Counted from the stretch's first letter, positions 36,850 to 48,540 are shown. The stretch is 64,000 nucleotides of DNA from Candidatus Cloacimonadales bacterium (GCA_963663475.2 CAXXJV010000001.1:352001-416000); one strand, 5' to 3'. The notes: generated by a model from the sequence alone, not told the origin. Made by a program: numbers and translations.

Positions 36850-39456
36850 CTATGATAATTTTCTAGCACTAGCAGCAATAAGAGCATTAACTAATTCTTC
36901 TAATTTCAGTGGTTTATAAATAATATAATAATCAAAATCTGTTAAGTTTTTGGTTAAGTCATCATCAATTATTGAGCGTGTCATTAGAATAATAGTAACT
37001 TTAGCATCTTTGAGTATTTGCTTATTTTTAGAGAAGAAGTCTTTGAAACCAGATTCATAATCGAAAATAATTAAATCACACTGTTTATTTGAGTTAATAT
37101 ATTTTTCATAGAAATTGCCATGTGGCATAAGCCTAGAGGAGATATTATTTTTCATTAGGAGCTGACTTATAAACTTTTGACTTCCTAAATCTTCATCAAT
37201 AATGCAAATATGTCTAGCCTGTAATTGGCTAATTTCTTTGGGTCTCAAATGATTCTTAAAGTCTTTAAAAATACTCATATCAAAATCCAAATAGAAGTAA
37301 ACAGTTGTTCCTTTACCTTCATTTGAAGTTAACCAAATAGAGCCACCCATTTTGCTGATAATATTTCTACATATTGCTAATCCTAAGCCCATTCCAGTCA
37401 AACTTGTTTTTAAATTGTTTTCTTGAGGATGATTGAATTTTTCGAAAGCATGATGTTCTTCTTCTTTAGTCATACCTAGGCCACTATCTTTAACATAGAA
37501 GATAATTTTTCCATCACTTGGGTGGGTATAACCACACTCAATAACTCCTTTTGGGGTAAATTTAACAGCATTTTCCAAAATTTCTCTAAAAACTAAACAG
37601 AAGTACTTTTTGTCATTGAAGAGAATATCTTTCTGATCAGATAAAGAAAAATAATTAACAATTTTAACCAACCTGCCAGATTTAACAGCTTCTTTCTGAA
37701 TTTGTGCAATATTTTCCCTGATACATTCATTAACAGAAAACTCTTGATTGTTTATACTTCTAGTATTTTTATTAATCTCTGAATAGACTAAAATCTTTTC
37801 AATTAATCTGAGTAATTTATCTGAATTGCTTTTCACTATTTCATGATAATCATTTCTTTGCAAGTCAGGAAAAGTTTCTTTATCTAATAGTTCTTGGAAG
37901 CCATTTTTCACATTTAAGGGGTCTCTTATCTCTCTGATAAATCCTTCAATTAGGTTTTTAGATTCAAAAATTTGTTTTTCAGATTCTTCAATCTTTCTTT
38001 TAAGTTCTAGCATTTCATGTTTAACTTTTGAATTATTAAAAAACTCAACAATAACAAATTCATTCTGTCCATCTTGATAATCAATTAGAGATATTATTAC
38101 TGGGAAGGTTACTTTACCTGCCGTGAATTCTAAATCAAATAGCTTCCCCTGTCTATCCTTTCCCTTATTAATTATATCAAGAATTTCTTTAGGGAAAAAA
38201 TCAAGCAACCTACTTTCCTTTTTCATTATCATATCAGCAAAATCAGATTGTGTTACTTTTAGGTTATAATCTACTATTAGCCCTGTATCCTTAGCAACTA
38301 CAAAGATATACTGATAACTTTTATTAGATATCTGAGTTAGAATATTTTGGGATCTATTTAGTTCTTTCTTATATTTTTTTTGTCTTAAATAGTTGATTAT
38401 CAATAAAATTATAAAGAGAATATAACTAATATAAAAGCTTAATCTGAGAGCTTTAATCATCACAGTTTTCGAGAGCTCATCATTCTCTAGTACAAGAGCA
38501 TTATCTCTATATGAGGCTATATCAATTTGGAAATTGTTTGCCACTTTATTATTCAGATAGAGCTGGTATTCTTCAATATTAGAGAGGTCTATCTCATTTA
38601 AAGGCAGATTATTGAGGATAAGCATTATTTTTATAGAAAGATTTTTTGCAAAAGTATCCAAATTAGAATAATATCCTCCAAGGGCAATACCCTCATTCTT
38701 CTCATAGAATGTGTAGATAGGTAAGGCTAAGCTTTCATTCAAGAAATCTACTTGTTCAGGAAAATCCATATGAGCAAAATCTTTATCTTGATAAGCTGAG
38801 AGAAGTAAGACAATACTATTTTTTTGAGAATAATACTCATATTTACTAATTTCTGAGAAAGCTAATTTACTGAAATCAATATATAGAACCTTTTCTTGGA
38901 AACTTTTATCGCCAACAAGATAATTTTCTAAGTAAGTTTTCATTATCTGCCCTTTAAGAGACTTATCAGAAATTACTAGTAAGTGTTCTAAGTTTGGGTG
39001 TAGCTCTTTTATTAGCTCTAATTCTTTAATAATTGTGGTTTTGATAATGTTTTTATTATAGATATCTAAATTAAGAATTTTAGTATTAGGGAAAATTACC
39101 TGACCAAAGTCTTCACAGAATTCAATAGCTTTAGAGTTATAGGCAACCACTATATCAAATTTATTAACACTGCCATATTTTTCTTGGAAAAATCTAATAA
39201 ATGTAGCTTTATCTCTTGTATATACACTATTATTATCACCAATATATTCAGCAAAAAGCTTGATATCACTTTCCCGTAGTTCATTATCAAGGGCTAAGAA
39301 AATCTGCCGGTTAATCAAATATTCATGAGAACCAGAAAATAGTAATAAAACTCGCTTATGCTCATCAGTTTTGTAGTCCTGTGACATTAGATTCAAGCTA
39401 AGAAATAATAGAAAAAGAAAAAAGACATTTTTTTTTATATTCATAATTTTCCTCAT
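36850..39456 (-). CDS. Hybrid sensor histidine-kinase-like protein (periplasmic sensor, HATPase, receiver) lacking the H-box His
   Basis: ENAVKFT, VKDSGLG and GMGLGLAI boxes plus a C-terminal receiver-like domain. The H-box reads FIREIRDPLN. Confidence 0.8.
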   Translation of the reverse strand: MRKIMNIKKNVFFLFLLFLSLNLMSQDYKTDEHKRVLLLFSGSHEYLINRQIFLALDNELRESDIKLFAEYIGDNNSVYTRDKATFIRFFQEKYGSVNKFDIVVAYNSKAIEFCEDFGQVIFPNTKILNLDIYNKNIIKTTIIKELELIKELHPNLEHLLVISDKSLKGQIMKTYLENYLVGDKSFQEKVLYIDFSKLAFSEISKYEYYSQKNSIVLLLSAYQDKDFAHMDFPEQVDFLNESLALPIYTFYEKNEGIALGGYYSNLDTFAKNLSIKIMLILNNLPLNEIDLSNIEEYQLYLNNKVANNFQIDIASYRDNALVLENDELSKTVMIKALRLSFYISYILFIILLIINYLRQKKYKKELNRSQNILTQISNKSYQYIFVVAKDTGLIVDYNLKVTQSDFADMIMKKESRLLDFFPKEILDIINKGKDRQGKLFDLEFTAGKVTFPVIISLIDYQDGQNEFVIVEFFNNSKVKHEMLELKRKIEESEKQIFESKNLIEGFIREIRDPLNVKNGFQELLDKETFPDLQRNDYHEIVKSNSDKLLRLIEKILVYSEINKNTRSINNQEFSVNECIRENIAQIQKEAVKSGRLVKIVNYFSLSDQKDILFNDKKYFCLVFREILENAVKFTPKGVIECGYTHPSDGKIIFYVKDSGLGMTKEEEHHAFEKFNHPQENNLKTSLTGMGLGLAICRNIISKMGGSIWLTSNEGKGTTVYFYLDFDMSIFKDFKNHLRPKEISQLQARHICIIDEDLGSQKFISQLLMKNNISSRLMPHGNFYEKYINSNKQCDLIIFDYESGFKDFFSKNKQILKDAKVTIILMTRSIIDDDLTKNLTDFDYYIIYKPLKLEELVNALIAASARKLS

Positions 39457-39647
39457 TTAAGCAAACTTAATACTTGAGCTTCTTTTTGTAAAGAATTTTC
39501 TTTCTTTCGTAAGAAAGTTACACTTCAAAGCTACTTGCTAATTAACAAGCTCTTCCGCCTTTTAGATAATTTAAAACTTTTCGTTGACATAAAAATCCAC
39601 ATTTTAAATTATATAGCCATATAAAATAAATAAAAAATTAGGAGTAC

Positions 39648-40577
39648 ATGATGTCCGTTAAAGTATTAGTTGCTACAGAAAAACCTTTCGCTCCAGCAGC
39701 AGTTAAAGGTATTCAAGAAGTATGTCAGGAAGCTGGTTATGAGTGTATTTTATTAGAAAAATATGCAGACCAAGCAGATTTTGTTAATGCAGTCAAAGAT
39801 GTTGATGCTGTAATTATCCGTAGTGATAAAGCTACTAAGGAAGTTATTGATAATGGCGATAACTTAAAAATTATCGTTAGAGCAGGTGCAGGTTATGACA
39901 ATATTGACCTCCAGGCTGCTAGTGCAAAAAACGTAGTTGCTATGAATACCCCTGGTCAAAATTCTAATGCTGTTGCTGAATTAGCATTTGGTATGATGCT
40001 CTACAGTGCAAGAAACTTCTTCTCACCTAAAGCTGGAACAGAGTTAAGAGAAAAAACTATCGGTATCCATGCTTATGGTAATGTTGGCCGTTATGTTGCA
40101 AAAATTGCTCAAGGCTTCGGTATGACTGTTAAAGCATTTGATCCATTCATTTGCTCATGTAAAATGGAAGAAGATGGTGTTATCCCTGTGACTTCAGTAG
40201 AAGAATTATATTCAACTTGTGATTATATTTCTCTCCATATTCCTGCAAATGACAAAACAAAAAAATCAATTAATGCTTCATTATTTAATATTATGAAAGC
40301 TGATGCTGTTTTAGTTAATACTGCTCGTAAAGAAGTTATTGATGAAGACGATTTAAAGAAAGCTTTTGCTGAAAAAGCTAAATTCAAATACCTTACTGAT
40401 ATTGCACCTGTATGTGATGCAGAATTAAAAGCAGACTTCCCTGATAGGTATTTCGCAACTCCTAAGAAAATGGGAGCTCAAACTGGAGAAGCTAATGTAA
40501 ATGCAGGTCTTGCTGCTATCAAACAAATTGTTGCCTTCTTAAAAGATGGTGATACAACTTTCCAAGTTAATAAATAA
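39648..40577 (+). CDS. serA: D-3-phosphoglycerate dehydrogenase-like protein, short form without ACT domain
   Basis: RAGAGYDNID, NTPGQNSNAVAE, AYGNVG, NTARKE and TPKKMGAQT motifs. Confidence 0.75.
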   Translation: MMSVKVLVATEKPFAPAAVKGIQEVCQEAGYECILLEKYADQADFVNAVKDVDAVIIRSDKATKEVIDNGDNLKIIVRAGAGYDNIDLQAASAKNVVAMNTPGQNSNAVAELAFGMMLYSARNFFSPKAGTELREKTIGIHAYGNVGRYVAKIAQGFGMTVKAFDPFICSCKMEEDGVIPVTSVEELYSTCDYISLHIPANDKTKKSINASLFNIMKADAVLVNTARKEVIDEDDLKKAFAEKAKFKYLTDIAPVCDAELKADFPDRYFATPKKMGAQTGEANVNAGLAAIKQIVAFLKDGDTTFQVNK

Positions 40578-40598
40578 TTTTATTAAGAAATTAATTAG

Positions 40599-40627
40599 AA
40601 AGAGGGATGATTCATCCCTCTTTTTTT
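40599..40627 (+). terminator. Rho-independent terminator
   Basis: AAAGAGGGATG-ATT-CATCCCTCTTT followed by a T run. Confidence 0.85.
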
Positions 40628-40629
40628 AT

Positions 40630-40672
40630 CCCGAATGGTGCAGTAGAACTTTGATAAAGAGTGATAGATTCT
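40630..40672 (+). mobile_element. Family A left end, interrupted
   Basis: CCCGAATGGTGCAGTAGAACTTTGAT matches the copy at 62320. Confidence 0.7.
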
Positions 40673-40682
40673 CTCTTTCTTT

Positions 40683-40797
40683 CTAACTGGGAATTCGGGC
40701 ATCCCTGCCTGAGTCCAGCACGAAAGTGTTGGAATTGTTATGATTACCACACACTTTCGTGCGTGGTGCGGGCAAGGATGCCCGCATTCCCAGTTAG
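40683..40797. repeat. Family F REPIN-like long hairpin
   Basis: Inverted arms CTAACTGGGAAT.CGGGCATCC.TGCC and GCACGAAAGTGT. Each arm contains a GCGGGCA..ATGCCCGC-type palindrome. GC-rich in an AT-rich context. Confidence 0.8.
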
Positions 40798-40909
40798 CCC
40801 TGCCTTACTATCTGTTTGAGGGGTGATGGACGGTTTATCCACCTTCTTCTTTCTTTTTTGCTTTTAGCAAAAATAATTAGTGAAAATCGTTTTAATTTGT
40901 CTTAAGAAC

Positions 40910-41992
40910 CTAATACAAATAAATATATTTATTACCTGCTTGGGCCTGAATAACCCCTTTTAGTTCTAAGTTCATGAGTAAGGAAGACAATTTAGACATT
41001 TGAATTTTAGTATTGATAATAATTTCATCATAATATACTGATCTATTTTCTTGTTTGATATAATCATAAACTATCTTTTCATCTTTAGACAATTCTGGGA
41101 AAATAGTCAATTGCTCTACATAGTTAGTATTAATAAAAGATGCTAAGATATCATCAGCTTCAGTAACCATACAAGCCCCATTTTTGATAAGATAATTAGG
41201 GCCCTCTGATAGGATATTATTTATCTGCCCTGGCACAGCAAAAAGCTCTTTATTCTGATCTAGAGCATATTTAGCAGTTAGCATAGCCCCACTAGATTTC
41301 TTGCCTTGAATAACTAAAGTACCCATTGATAAGGCTGAAATTATTCTGTTTCTTTGTGGGAAAAAATAGCGTTCAGCTGGCATACCAGGAATATATTCAG
41401 AGAGAATTGCTCCATTTTCAATAATTTTCTCAGCTAAGTGCCTATTTTCAGGAGGATAGATTTGATCACAGCCAGTTGCCATTACTGCCAGAGTTTTACC
41501 TCCTGTAGCTAAAGTGGCCTTGTGGGCTATTGTATCAACTCCATAAGCTAAGCCTGAAACAATTATTACCCCCTTGCTGGCTAAGTCTCTGCTTAACTTA
41601 TTAGCTATATATTTACCATAATTATCTACCCTTCTAGTACCCACAATTGCCAAAGTATTATTCCACGCATTTTGAGGTAATTCTCCCCTATAAAATATTA
41701 TTAAAGGAGGTGAGAATATTGATTTCAAACATACTGGATAGTCCTTATCTAAACAAGTAAGATACTTGATATCATACTTTTCTATAAGCTTGCATACCTG
41801 GTCGAAATTACTAATTTTTTTATTTTCCTTTATCTTACTAAGAAGCTTTGAGGGAATTTCTGGAATATCCAAATCTTCCCCCATAAAATTTTTAGGTTCC
41901 CCATACTTCTCTAATAAAATCCTACTATAAACCCTTCCAATACCATCTGTCTGACGAAACCTTAACCAATAATCGAGATGCTCAAAATCCAT
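40910..41992 (-). CDS. dprA: DNA-processing protein DprA
   Basis: AIVGTR, VSGLAYGVD, FPQRNRIIS and FAVPG motifs. Confidence 0.95.
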   Translation of the reverse strand: MDFEHLDYWLRFRQTDGIGRVYSRILLEKYGEPKNFMGEDLDIPEIPSKLLSKIKENKKISNFDQVCKLIEKYDIKYLTCLDKDYPVCLKSIFSPPLIIFYRGELPQNAWNNTLAIVGTRRVDNYGKYIANKLSRDLASKGVIIVSGLAYGVDTIAHKATLATGGKTLAVMATGCDQIYPPENRHLAEKIIENGAILSEYIPGMPAERYFFPQRNRIISALSMGTLVIQGKKSSGAMLTAKYALDQNKELFAVPGQINNILSEGPNYLIKNGACMVTEADDILASFINTNYVEQLTIFPELSKDEKIVYDYIKQENRSVYYDEIIINTKIQMSKLSSLLMNLELKGVIQAQAGNKYIYLY

Positions 41993-41995
41993 AAC

Positions 41996-43021
<1,026 letters not shown>

Positions 43022-43229
43022 TCATTTTTTCTTTAACCCGAATGGTTTAATTATATATTTTCTAATTATTTTTCTATAAATACCATATTCTCAAAGAACT
43101 AGATTGAGTCAAGAACATTATATGATGATTATTAAGTATCTAGGATAGTTAATTTTTAGCAAGTTTCCTGAAGACTAATGTAGATTATAGCTTGAGAGAA
43201 GTGGGTGTTTAGTTTAAGCATGCTTAGTT

Positions 43230-43286
43230 CTTCCTTTACGGTCTTTCGATGAAAGTCCAGGTTTCATCGAAAGACTGTAAAGGAAG
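43230..43286 (+). repeat. Family E hairpin, copy 2
   Basis: 25-bp stem with the GTCCAGG loop and a compensatory change relative to copy 1. Confidence 0.88.
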
Positions 43287-43333
43287 GGTAAAAGATGAAT
43301 AAGGGGTAGATAAGAGAAAATTATTCTTTTTAT

Positions 43334-43524
43334 CCCGAATAGTTGAGTAGAACTTTAGTAATACTTGACCAAAGCTTCGTATCACAGGTGAAGAGTGCTA
43401 GATTCTTTTAGCAAAATAGCTTACAGAATTCGCGCGCATATAACATATATATTCGGAAGGCTATGGATCTTACTTTTGCAAAAGAATATTCTGTTATTCT
43501 CAAAGGTCTAATGCATTATTTGGG
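43334..43524 (+). mobile_element. Family A MITE (161 bp plus a 30-bp family C insert)
   Basis: TTTAT duplication. Insert at 43360-43389. Confidence 0.88.
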
Positions 43525-43708
43525 TTTATTGGCACTTAATTCTCAATAATGCACTAGACCTAGTGAAGAAGTTTAAAAAAAATTAAAGAAAATTCTTTAC
43601 AGTTTTGAAATATTTTAAGTTAATGATAAAATAGAAAAATTAGAGATTCAAAACATTCTAAAATTAGGCTCTTTGAGGTGCTAACGAATTAATTATTAAA
43701 GGAGACAT

Positions 43709-45430
43709 ATGAATAATGTATGGGAAATAGGGGTTGAATTAACCCTTAAGCAGAAGAAACTTAGAAACAAAATTGCCAGTACTTTAAAATGTCCTCGTAC
43801 GATAGCTACCCTCTTGATTAAAAAAGGGCTTGAGACACTAGAAGATATAGAGACTTTTCTAAATCCTAGTCTAGATCAGCTTCATGATCCCTATCTATTT
43901 AAGGATATGGATAAAGCTGTCACAAGAATCATTGATGCGATAGACAAGAATGAAAAAATAACAATTTATGGTGATTATGATGTTGATGGTACAACCTCAA
44001 CTTCAGTTCTTTTATTAGGTCTCACCAAGCTAGGCGCTATCATAGATTATTACATACCTCATAGAATGATAGATGGTTATGGACTTTCCATTTCTGGTTT
44101 AGAGCAAATCAAAGAGAATGGAACCAAGCTGATTATTTCTGTTGATTGTGGGATAAATGCTATTGATGAAGTTGAGCAAATTCATGATTATGGTATGGAG
44201 ATAATTATTACAGATCACCATAATCCTAAAGATGAGCTTCCCAAGGCATTAGCAGTTATCAATCCAAAGGTTGAGACTTCTGGTTACCCATTCCAAAAGT
44301 TAGCAGGTGTTGGGGTTGCTTATAAGCTATTAGTAGCAATTTATATGCGACTAGGCATAGCTAATGAAGAAAACGTTTCTAAATACCTAGATTTAGTAGC
44401 CCTAGGAACTATTGCTGATATAGTGCCATTAGAAGGAGAAAATAGAGTACTTTCTGCTCTTGGTCTGAATCACTTAATTAAAAAGAACAATCTTGGGTTA
44501 AAAGCTCTGATTGAATTTTCTAATTTAAATCAAAAAACTTTAAATTCATCTGACATTGTTTTCGGTTTAGCTCCCCGAATAAATGCTGCTGGAAGAATGG
44601 GATCTGCTGATGTAGCAGTTGAACTCTTAGTTTCAAATAATGAACAAGAAAGTAAAGAATTAGCAGAAAATATTGAGCATCAGAATTCTTTAAGGCAGCG
44701 GGAAGACCAGAAAACTTACCAAGAAGCTATTGAGATCATAGAAAAGAAATATAAAAATTTAGATGATACTGTTCTAATCATGCTATCTTCTGATTCTTGG
44801 CATCAAGGTGTGATTGGTATTGTAGCATCAAAACTAGTTGAACAGTTCAACAGACCAGTAATTATGATTTCGGTTAAAGATGGTATTGGCTCAGGCTCAG
44901 GAAGATCAATTCCTCAGTTAGACCTCTTTCAAGCTTTAACTGATAATGATGAAGATTTAATTAGTTTTGGTGGTCATAAGTATGCTGTTGGTATGACTCT
45001 TTATCAAGAGTACATAGATTTGTTTGAGAATAAATTATCTGATTATTTAAAGAATAAGCCTTACTCCCATGCTATTCAAAATACTATTTCCATAGACACC
45101 CATCTTGAGCTCTATGATATTAATAAGAATTTCTTAGCTTGGATAGAAAAGTTTTCTCCCTTTGGTTCAGGTAATAGGAGACCAGTATTCTACACTGAAA
45201 AAGTTAACGTCTCTACTTACCCCTATATTGTAGGAAGAAACCATCTCAAATTAAAAGTAATCAAAGACGGAGTTGAACTTGATTTAATTGGTTATAACTT
45301 AGGAGACTATTTAACTTCACTAAAAAAGAATTCTTCTTTAGATATAGCTTATTCAGTAGAAATTAACACCTTTTTTAAAAAAATGACTATTCAGGGTAAG
45401 TTACTTGACCTGAAAGTTAATAAGAATTAG
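43709..45430 (+). CDS. recJ: Single-stranded-DNA exonuclease RecJ
   Basis: YGDYDVDG, VDCG, TDHH, PRINAAGR and GGH motifs. Confidence 0.97.
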   Translation: MNNVWEIGVELTLKQKKLRNKIASTLKCPRTIATLLIKKGLETLEDIETFLNPSLDQLHDPYLFKDMDKAVTRIIDAIDKNEKITIYGDYDVDGTTSTSVLLLGLTKLGAIIDYYIPHRMIDGYGLSISGLEQIKENGTKLIISVDCGINAIDEVEQIHDYGMEIIITDHHNPKDELPKALAVINPKVETSGYPFQKLAGVGVAYKLLVAIYMRLGIANEENVSKYLDLVALGTIADIVPLEGENRVLSALGLNHLIKKNNLGLKALIEFSNLNQKTLNSSDIVFGLAPRINAAGRMGSADVAVELLVSNNEQESKELAENIEHQNSLRQREDQKTYQEAIEIIEKKYKNLDDTVLIMLSSDSWHQGVIGIVASKLVEQFNRPVIMISVKDGIGSGSGRSIPQLDLFQALTDNDEDLISFGGHKYAVGMTLYQEYIDLFENKLSDYLKNKPYSHAIQNTISIDTHLELYDINKNFLAWIEKFSPFGSGNRRPVFYTEKVNVSTYPYIVGRNHLKLKVIKDGVELDLIGYNLGDYLTSLKKNSSLDIAYSVEINTFFKKMTIQGKLLDLKVNKN

Positions 45431-45436
45431 GGACTT

Positions 45437-46258
45437 ATGATAAGGAAAATCTCACTTATATTACTAGTTACTAGTCTTTTTCTCATTGCCTGTAGTCAAA
45501 ATACGCAAGTGTATAGTCAGATAGTTGAAATTGAAAAGATTGGTAACATTAGTCTTAATTTTGATATCAAAGATGTGGCCTATGAAACTTCCAGCAAAAT
45601 GCTTTATGTTGCCGAAGATTATAAAGATTTTGTTTGGATTTATCATAATTTTGACTTCCAGAACAAAATTGGAGGCAAGGGTAATAACACTAGGTCTTTC
45701 CAGTTACTTACCGATATTGAAGTTTCTGAAAATGGCAACCTACTTGCCTTGGATAATCTGCAAAAAAGAATAGCAATCTTTGATAAGGATGGTATTTATA
45801 AGAGTAGCCTTTCCTTGTCTCAATACTCTAACCCAAATAGATTTACCTTAGGAAGTGATGATTTAATCTACTTTTATGATAGAGATGATCAAGAAGTAGT
45901 CCTGCTAAATCTCCTAACAAATCAAGAATTCATGAGATTTGGAAAATTTGAAATTACTCTTCCCAAAGCTATTAGATTCATGAATGATTATCTTTTAGTC
46001 ACTACTGAAAACTACCAGACTGACATTTATTCTTCCTTAGGATCTTTTGTTGATAATTATCAACACTTAGCCCTTAAAGATAAATATCAAAACACTATTT
46101 CTCTTCATAATAACTTTATCTTTGTTAATGGCCAAGCACTCACAGCCCTTATCATGCAAAGTTCTCCGCAAGGAATCTTTCTAAAAGGTAAGACTTTAAT
46201 CGTTTATAGCCAAAATGAAATTTCACTTTTTAATTTAAAATATAAGACTCTCAATTAA
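45437..46258 (+). CDS. Hypothetical lipoprotein, NHL/beta-propeller-like
   Basis: Lipobox LIAC and NHL-like repeats. Confidence 0.6.
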   Translation: MIRKISLILLVTSLFLIACSQNTQVYSQIVEIEKIGNISLNFDIKDVAYETSSKMLYVAEDYKDFVWIYHNFDFQNKIGGKGNNTRSFQLLTDIEVSENGNLLALDNLQKRIAIFDKDGIYKSSLSLSQYSNPNRFTLGSDDLIYFYDRDDQEVVLLNLLTNQEFMRFGKFEITLPKAIRFMNDYLLVTTENYQTDIYSSLGSFVDNYQHLALKDKYQNTISLHNNFIFVNGQALTALIMQSSPQGIFLKGKTLIVYSQNEISLFNLKYKTLN

Positions 46259-46268
46259 TAGGACATTT

Positions 46269-47780
46269 ATGAATAAGACAAAACAAAAACTTCCCGCATT
46301 ATTTTTATTAATATTTTCAGCACTTATCTTAGGACTTAGTAGGTTTCCTGGATCTATGGGTATTTTTTCCTTCATTGGCTTTATACCTCTCTTTAGATAT
46401 TTTGATAGTGAGAAAAAAACTCACAGTAAACTCTTGCTATCTGCCTTTGTTTTCTCTTTAGTTAATACCTTAGTTGCATATCATTGGATTGGACTAGTCA
46501 CTATTCCTGGTCTCATTGGTATGGTTTTTCTCTTTGCTTTCTATTATTGGGGAGTATTTATTTATCTAAATCAAGTATGGAATAAGCAGGAATGGCTAAA
46601 ATGGCTAGGCTTTATTTCTATTTGGTTAACCTTCGAACTCTTCTTATTTTATACAGAATTACGTTTCCCTTGGTTAAATATTGGCTATGCTTTAAGTAAT
46701 TTTAACCTTTTAACCCAAATAGCTGATATTGGAGGTATTCATCTCATTTCTGTTGCCATTATCATTTCAAACATCTTGCTATATCGCCTTCTATCTGGAG
46801 CTAAGACAGCCCTTTATCTGCTAATTATCTTCTTCTCACTTTGGTTAGGTTATGGATATGTAAGATACAATAGTATAAAGCTTGAACTAGCAGACTTAAA
46901 AATTAAGATGATGCAACCCTCAATTGATACTAATAAGTTTGATATCCCCACTGAAGATATCCTAGCTATTTATGAAAAACAAGCTTACTACGCCTCTTTA
47001 GAAGATTTAGATTTATTTATCTGGCCTGAAGCAGCAGTAACAGACTTCCCGCTCAGGAAAAAAGATTTCGGAAGTGGTAAGAGAATTAGAGATCTAGCCA
47101 AGAAGTACAAGTTAAATATATTCTTTGGTACTACTGATGCAGTTGAAGCCCCTGAAGACCATCCAGAACCATTCTATTACTACAATACTGCCACTCTTCT
47201 TAGATATCCTGAAGATGTCTTTGAAGACCCCTATTACAAAATGTACTTAGTCCCGGTAGGCGAAAGAATGCCCTATTTAAACCTCTTCCCTTTTCTCTGG
47301 AAACTACAGTTTGGTCAAGCCAACTGGGAATTTGGTAAAGAACTTAAATTCTATAAAATTAAAAATAAAAATGGCCAAGAATTCACTTTTTCACCCCAAA
47401 TTTGTTATGAAATTATCTTTCCAGAAATTTCTAATAAGATGGTTAGACAAGGACTTGACTTTATTGTTAATCTAACTAATGATGCCTGGTTTAAAAAATC
47501 AATTGGCACCTATCAACACGCAATGATGACCAGAATAAGAGCAATTGAGACAAGAACTCCCTTTATTCGTTGTGCTAATACTGGCCATTCCTTAGCTGTA
47601 TCACCAAATGGAAGGATAGAAACTTACACTAAACTCTATGATGTAGCTAATTTTCAAGCTCCTGTTTATACAACAAAGAGTAAATCTCTCTATGTTTTTT
47701 ACTTGTTTTGGCTACCTTTCATCTTTCCTATTTCTGCTTTGGTGATTTTTTTCCTTGCCAAAATTAAATATAATAAATGA
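46269..47780 (+). CDS. lnt: Apolipoprotein N-acyltransferase
   Basis: WPE, K..LVP.GE, ICYE and TNDAWF motifs. Confidence 0.93.
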   Translation: MNKTKQKLPALFLLIFSALILGLSRFPGSMGIFSFIGFIPLFRYFDSEKKTHSKLLLSAFVFSLVNTLVAYHWIGLVTIPGLIGMVFLFAFYYWGVFIYLNQVWNKQEWLKWLGFISIWLTFELFLFYTELRFPWLNIGYALSNFNLLTQIADIGGIHLISVAIIISNILLYRLLSGAKTALYLLIIFFSLWLGYGYVRYNSIKLELADLKIKMMQPSIDTNKFDIPTEDILAIYEKQAYYASLEDLDLFIWPEAAVTDFPLRKKDFGSGKRIRDLAKKYKLNIFFGTTDAVEAPEDHPEPFYYYNTATLLRYPEDVFEDPYYKMYLVPVGERMPYLNLFPFLWKLQFGQANWEFGKELKFYKIKNKNGQEFTFSPQICYEIIFPEISNKMVRQGLDFIVNLTNDAWFKKSIGTYQHAMMTRIRAIETRTPFIRCANTGHSLAVSPNGRIETYTKLYDVANFQAPVYTTKSKSLYVFYLFWLPFIFPISALVIFFLAKIKYNK

Positions 47781-47911
47781 AATAGTTCTAAGAATAGATA
47801 TTAACCTTTGGATAAAGATTCACTTTGGATTAGATGATAATTAACTAAGCATGTCTCCGAGTGATAAAATAACTAAACTTGATTATTAGACAGTCTTAAT
47901 TTAAGGATAAA

Positions 47912-48262
47912 ATGGAAAAATTATATTATACTATTACAGAAGTTAGTAAACTTTTAGATATTAAACCTTATGTCATAAGATATTGGGAAACAGAGTTTCC
48001 TCAAATACGCAGGAGTAGGAAAAGTGGGCGTAACAGACGCTATAATCAAAAGGAATATGAGACTATATGTATTATTAAAGACCTGCTTTATGACAAAAAA
48101 TATACAATTAAGGGAGCAAAACAAGCTCTCAAAGATAATGTAAATCCTCCAGTAAATGAGGCTGCTCCCAAAGAAATAACAAGTCCACAACAAGAATTAA
48201 AAAACATAAAAGATTTACTAGGAAAGATTAAAAAAATAGTAGAAGAATTTAAACACGAATAG
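47912..48262 (+). CDS. MerR-family transcriptional regulator
   Basis: KLYYTITEVS...IRYWETEF and YTIKGA. Confidence 0.88.
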   Translation: MEKLYYTITEVSKLLDIKPYVIRYWETEFPQIRRSRKSGRNRRYNQKEYETICIIKDLLYDKKYTIKGAKQALKDNVNPPVNEAAPKEITSPQQELKNIKDLLGKIKKIVEEFKHE

Positions 48263-48514
48263 TACATTTGAACTTTTGGTGAAGAGAGCTAGATTCTTTT
48301 AGCAAAATAAGATTCTGCTATTCTCAAAGATTTATTGCATTATTTTGGTTAAACCCAGATAGTGTAGTAGAGCTTTAGTGAAGAGTGCAGATTATTCTAG
48401 CAAAATAGCTTACAGAATTTTGACGCATATATTTTATATATTCGGAGAAATTATGGATCTTACTTTTGCAGAAGAATATAGTGCTGTTCACAAAGGTCTA
48501 CTGCATTATTTGGG
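48254..48514 (+). mobile_element. Tandem family A copies: degenerate 48254-48348 and full-length 48354-48514
   Basis: TTAAA occurs before, between and after the two copies. Confidence 0.85.
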
Positions 48515-48540
48515 TTAAATAGTATAGTAAGCTAAACTTA

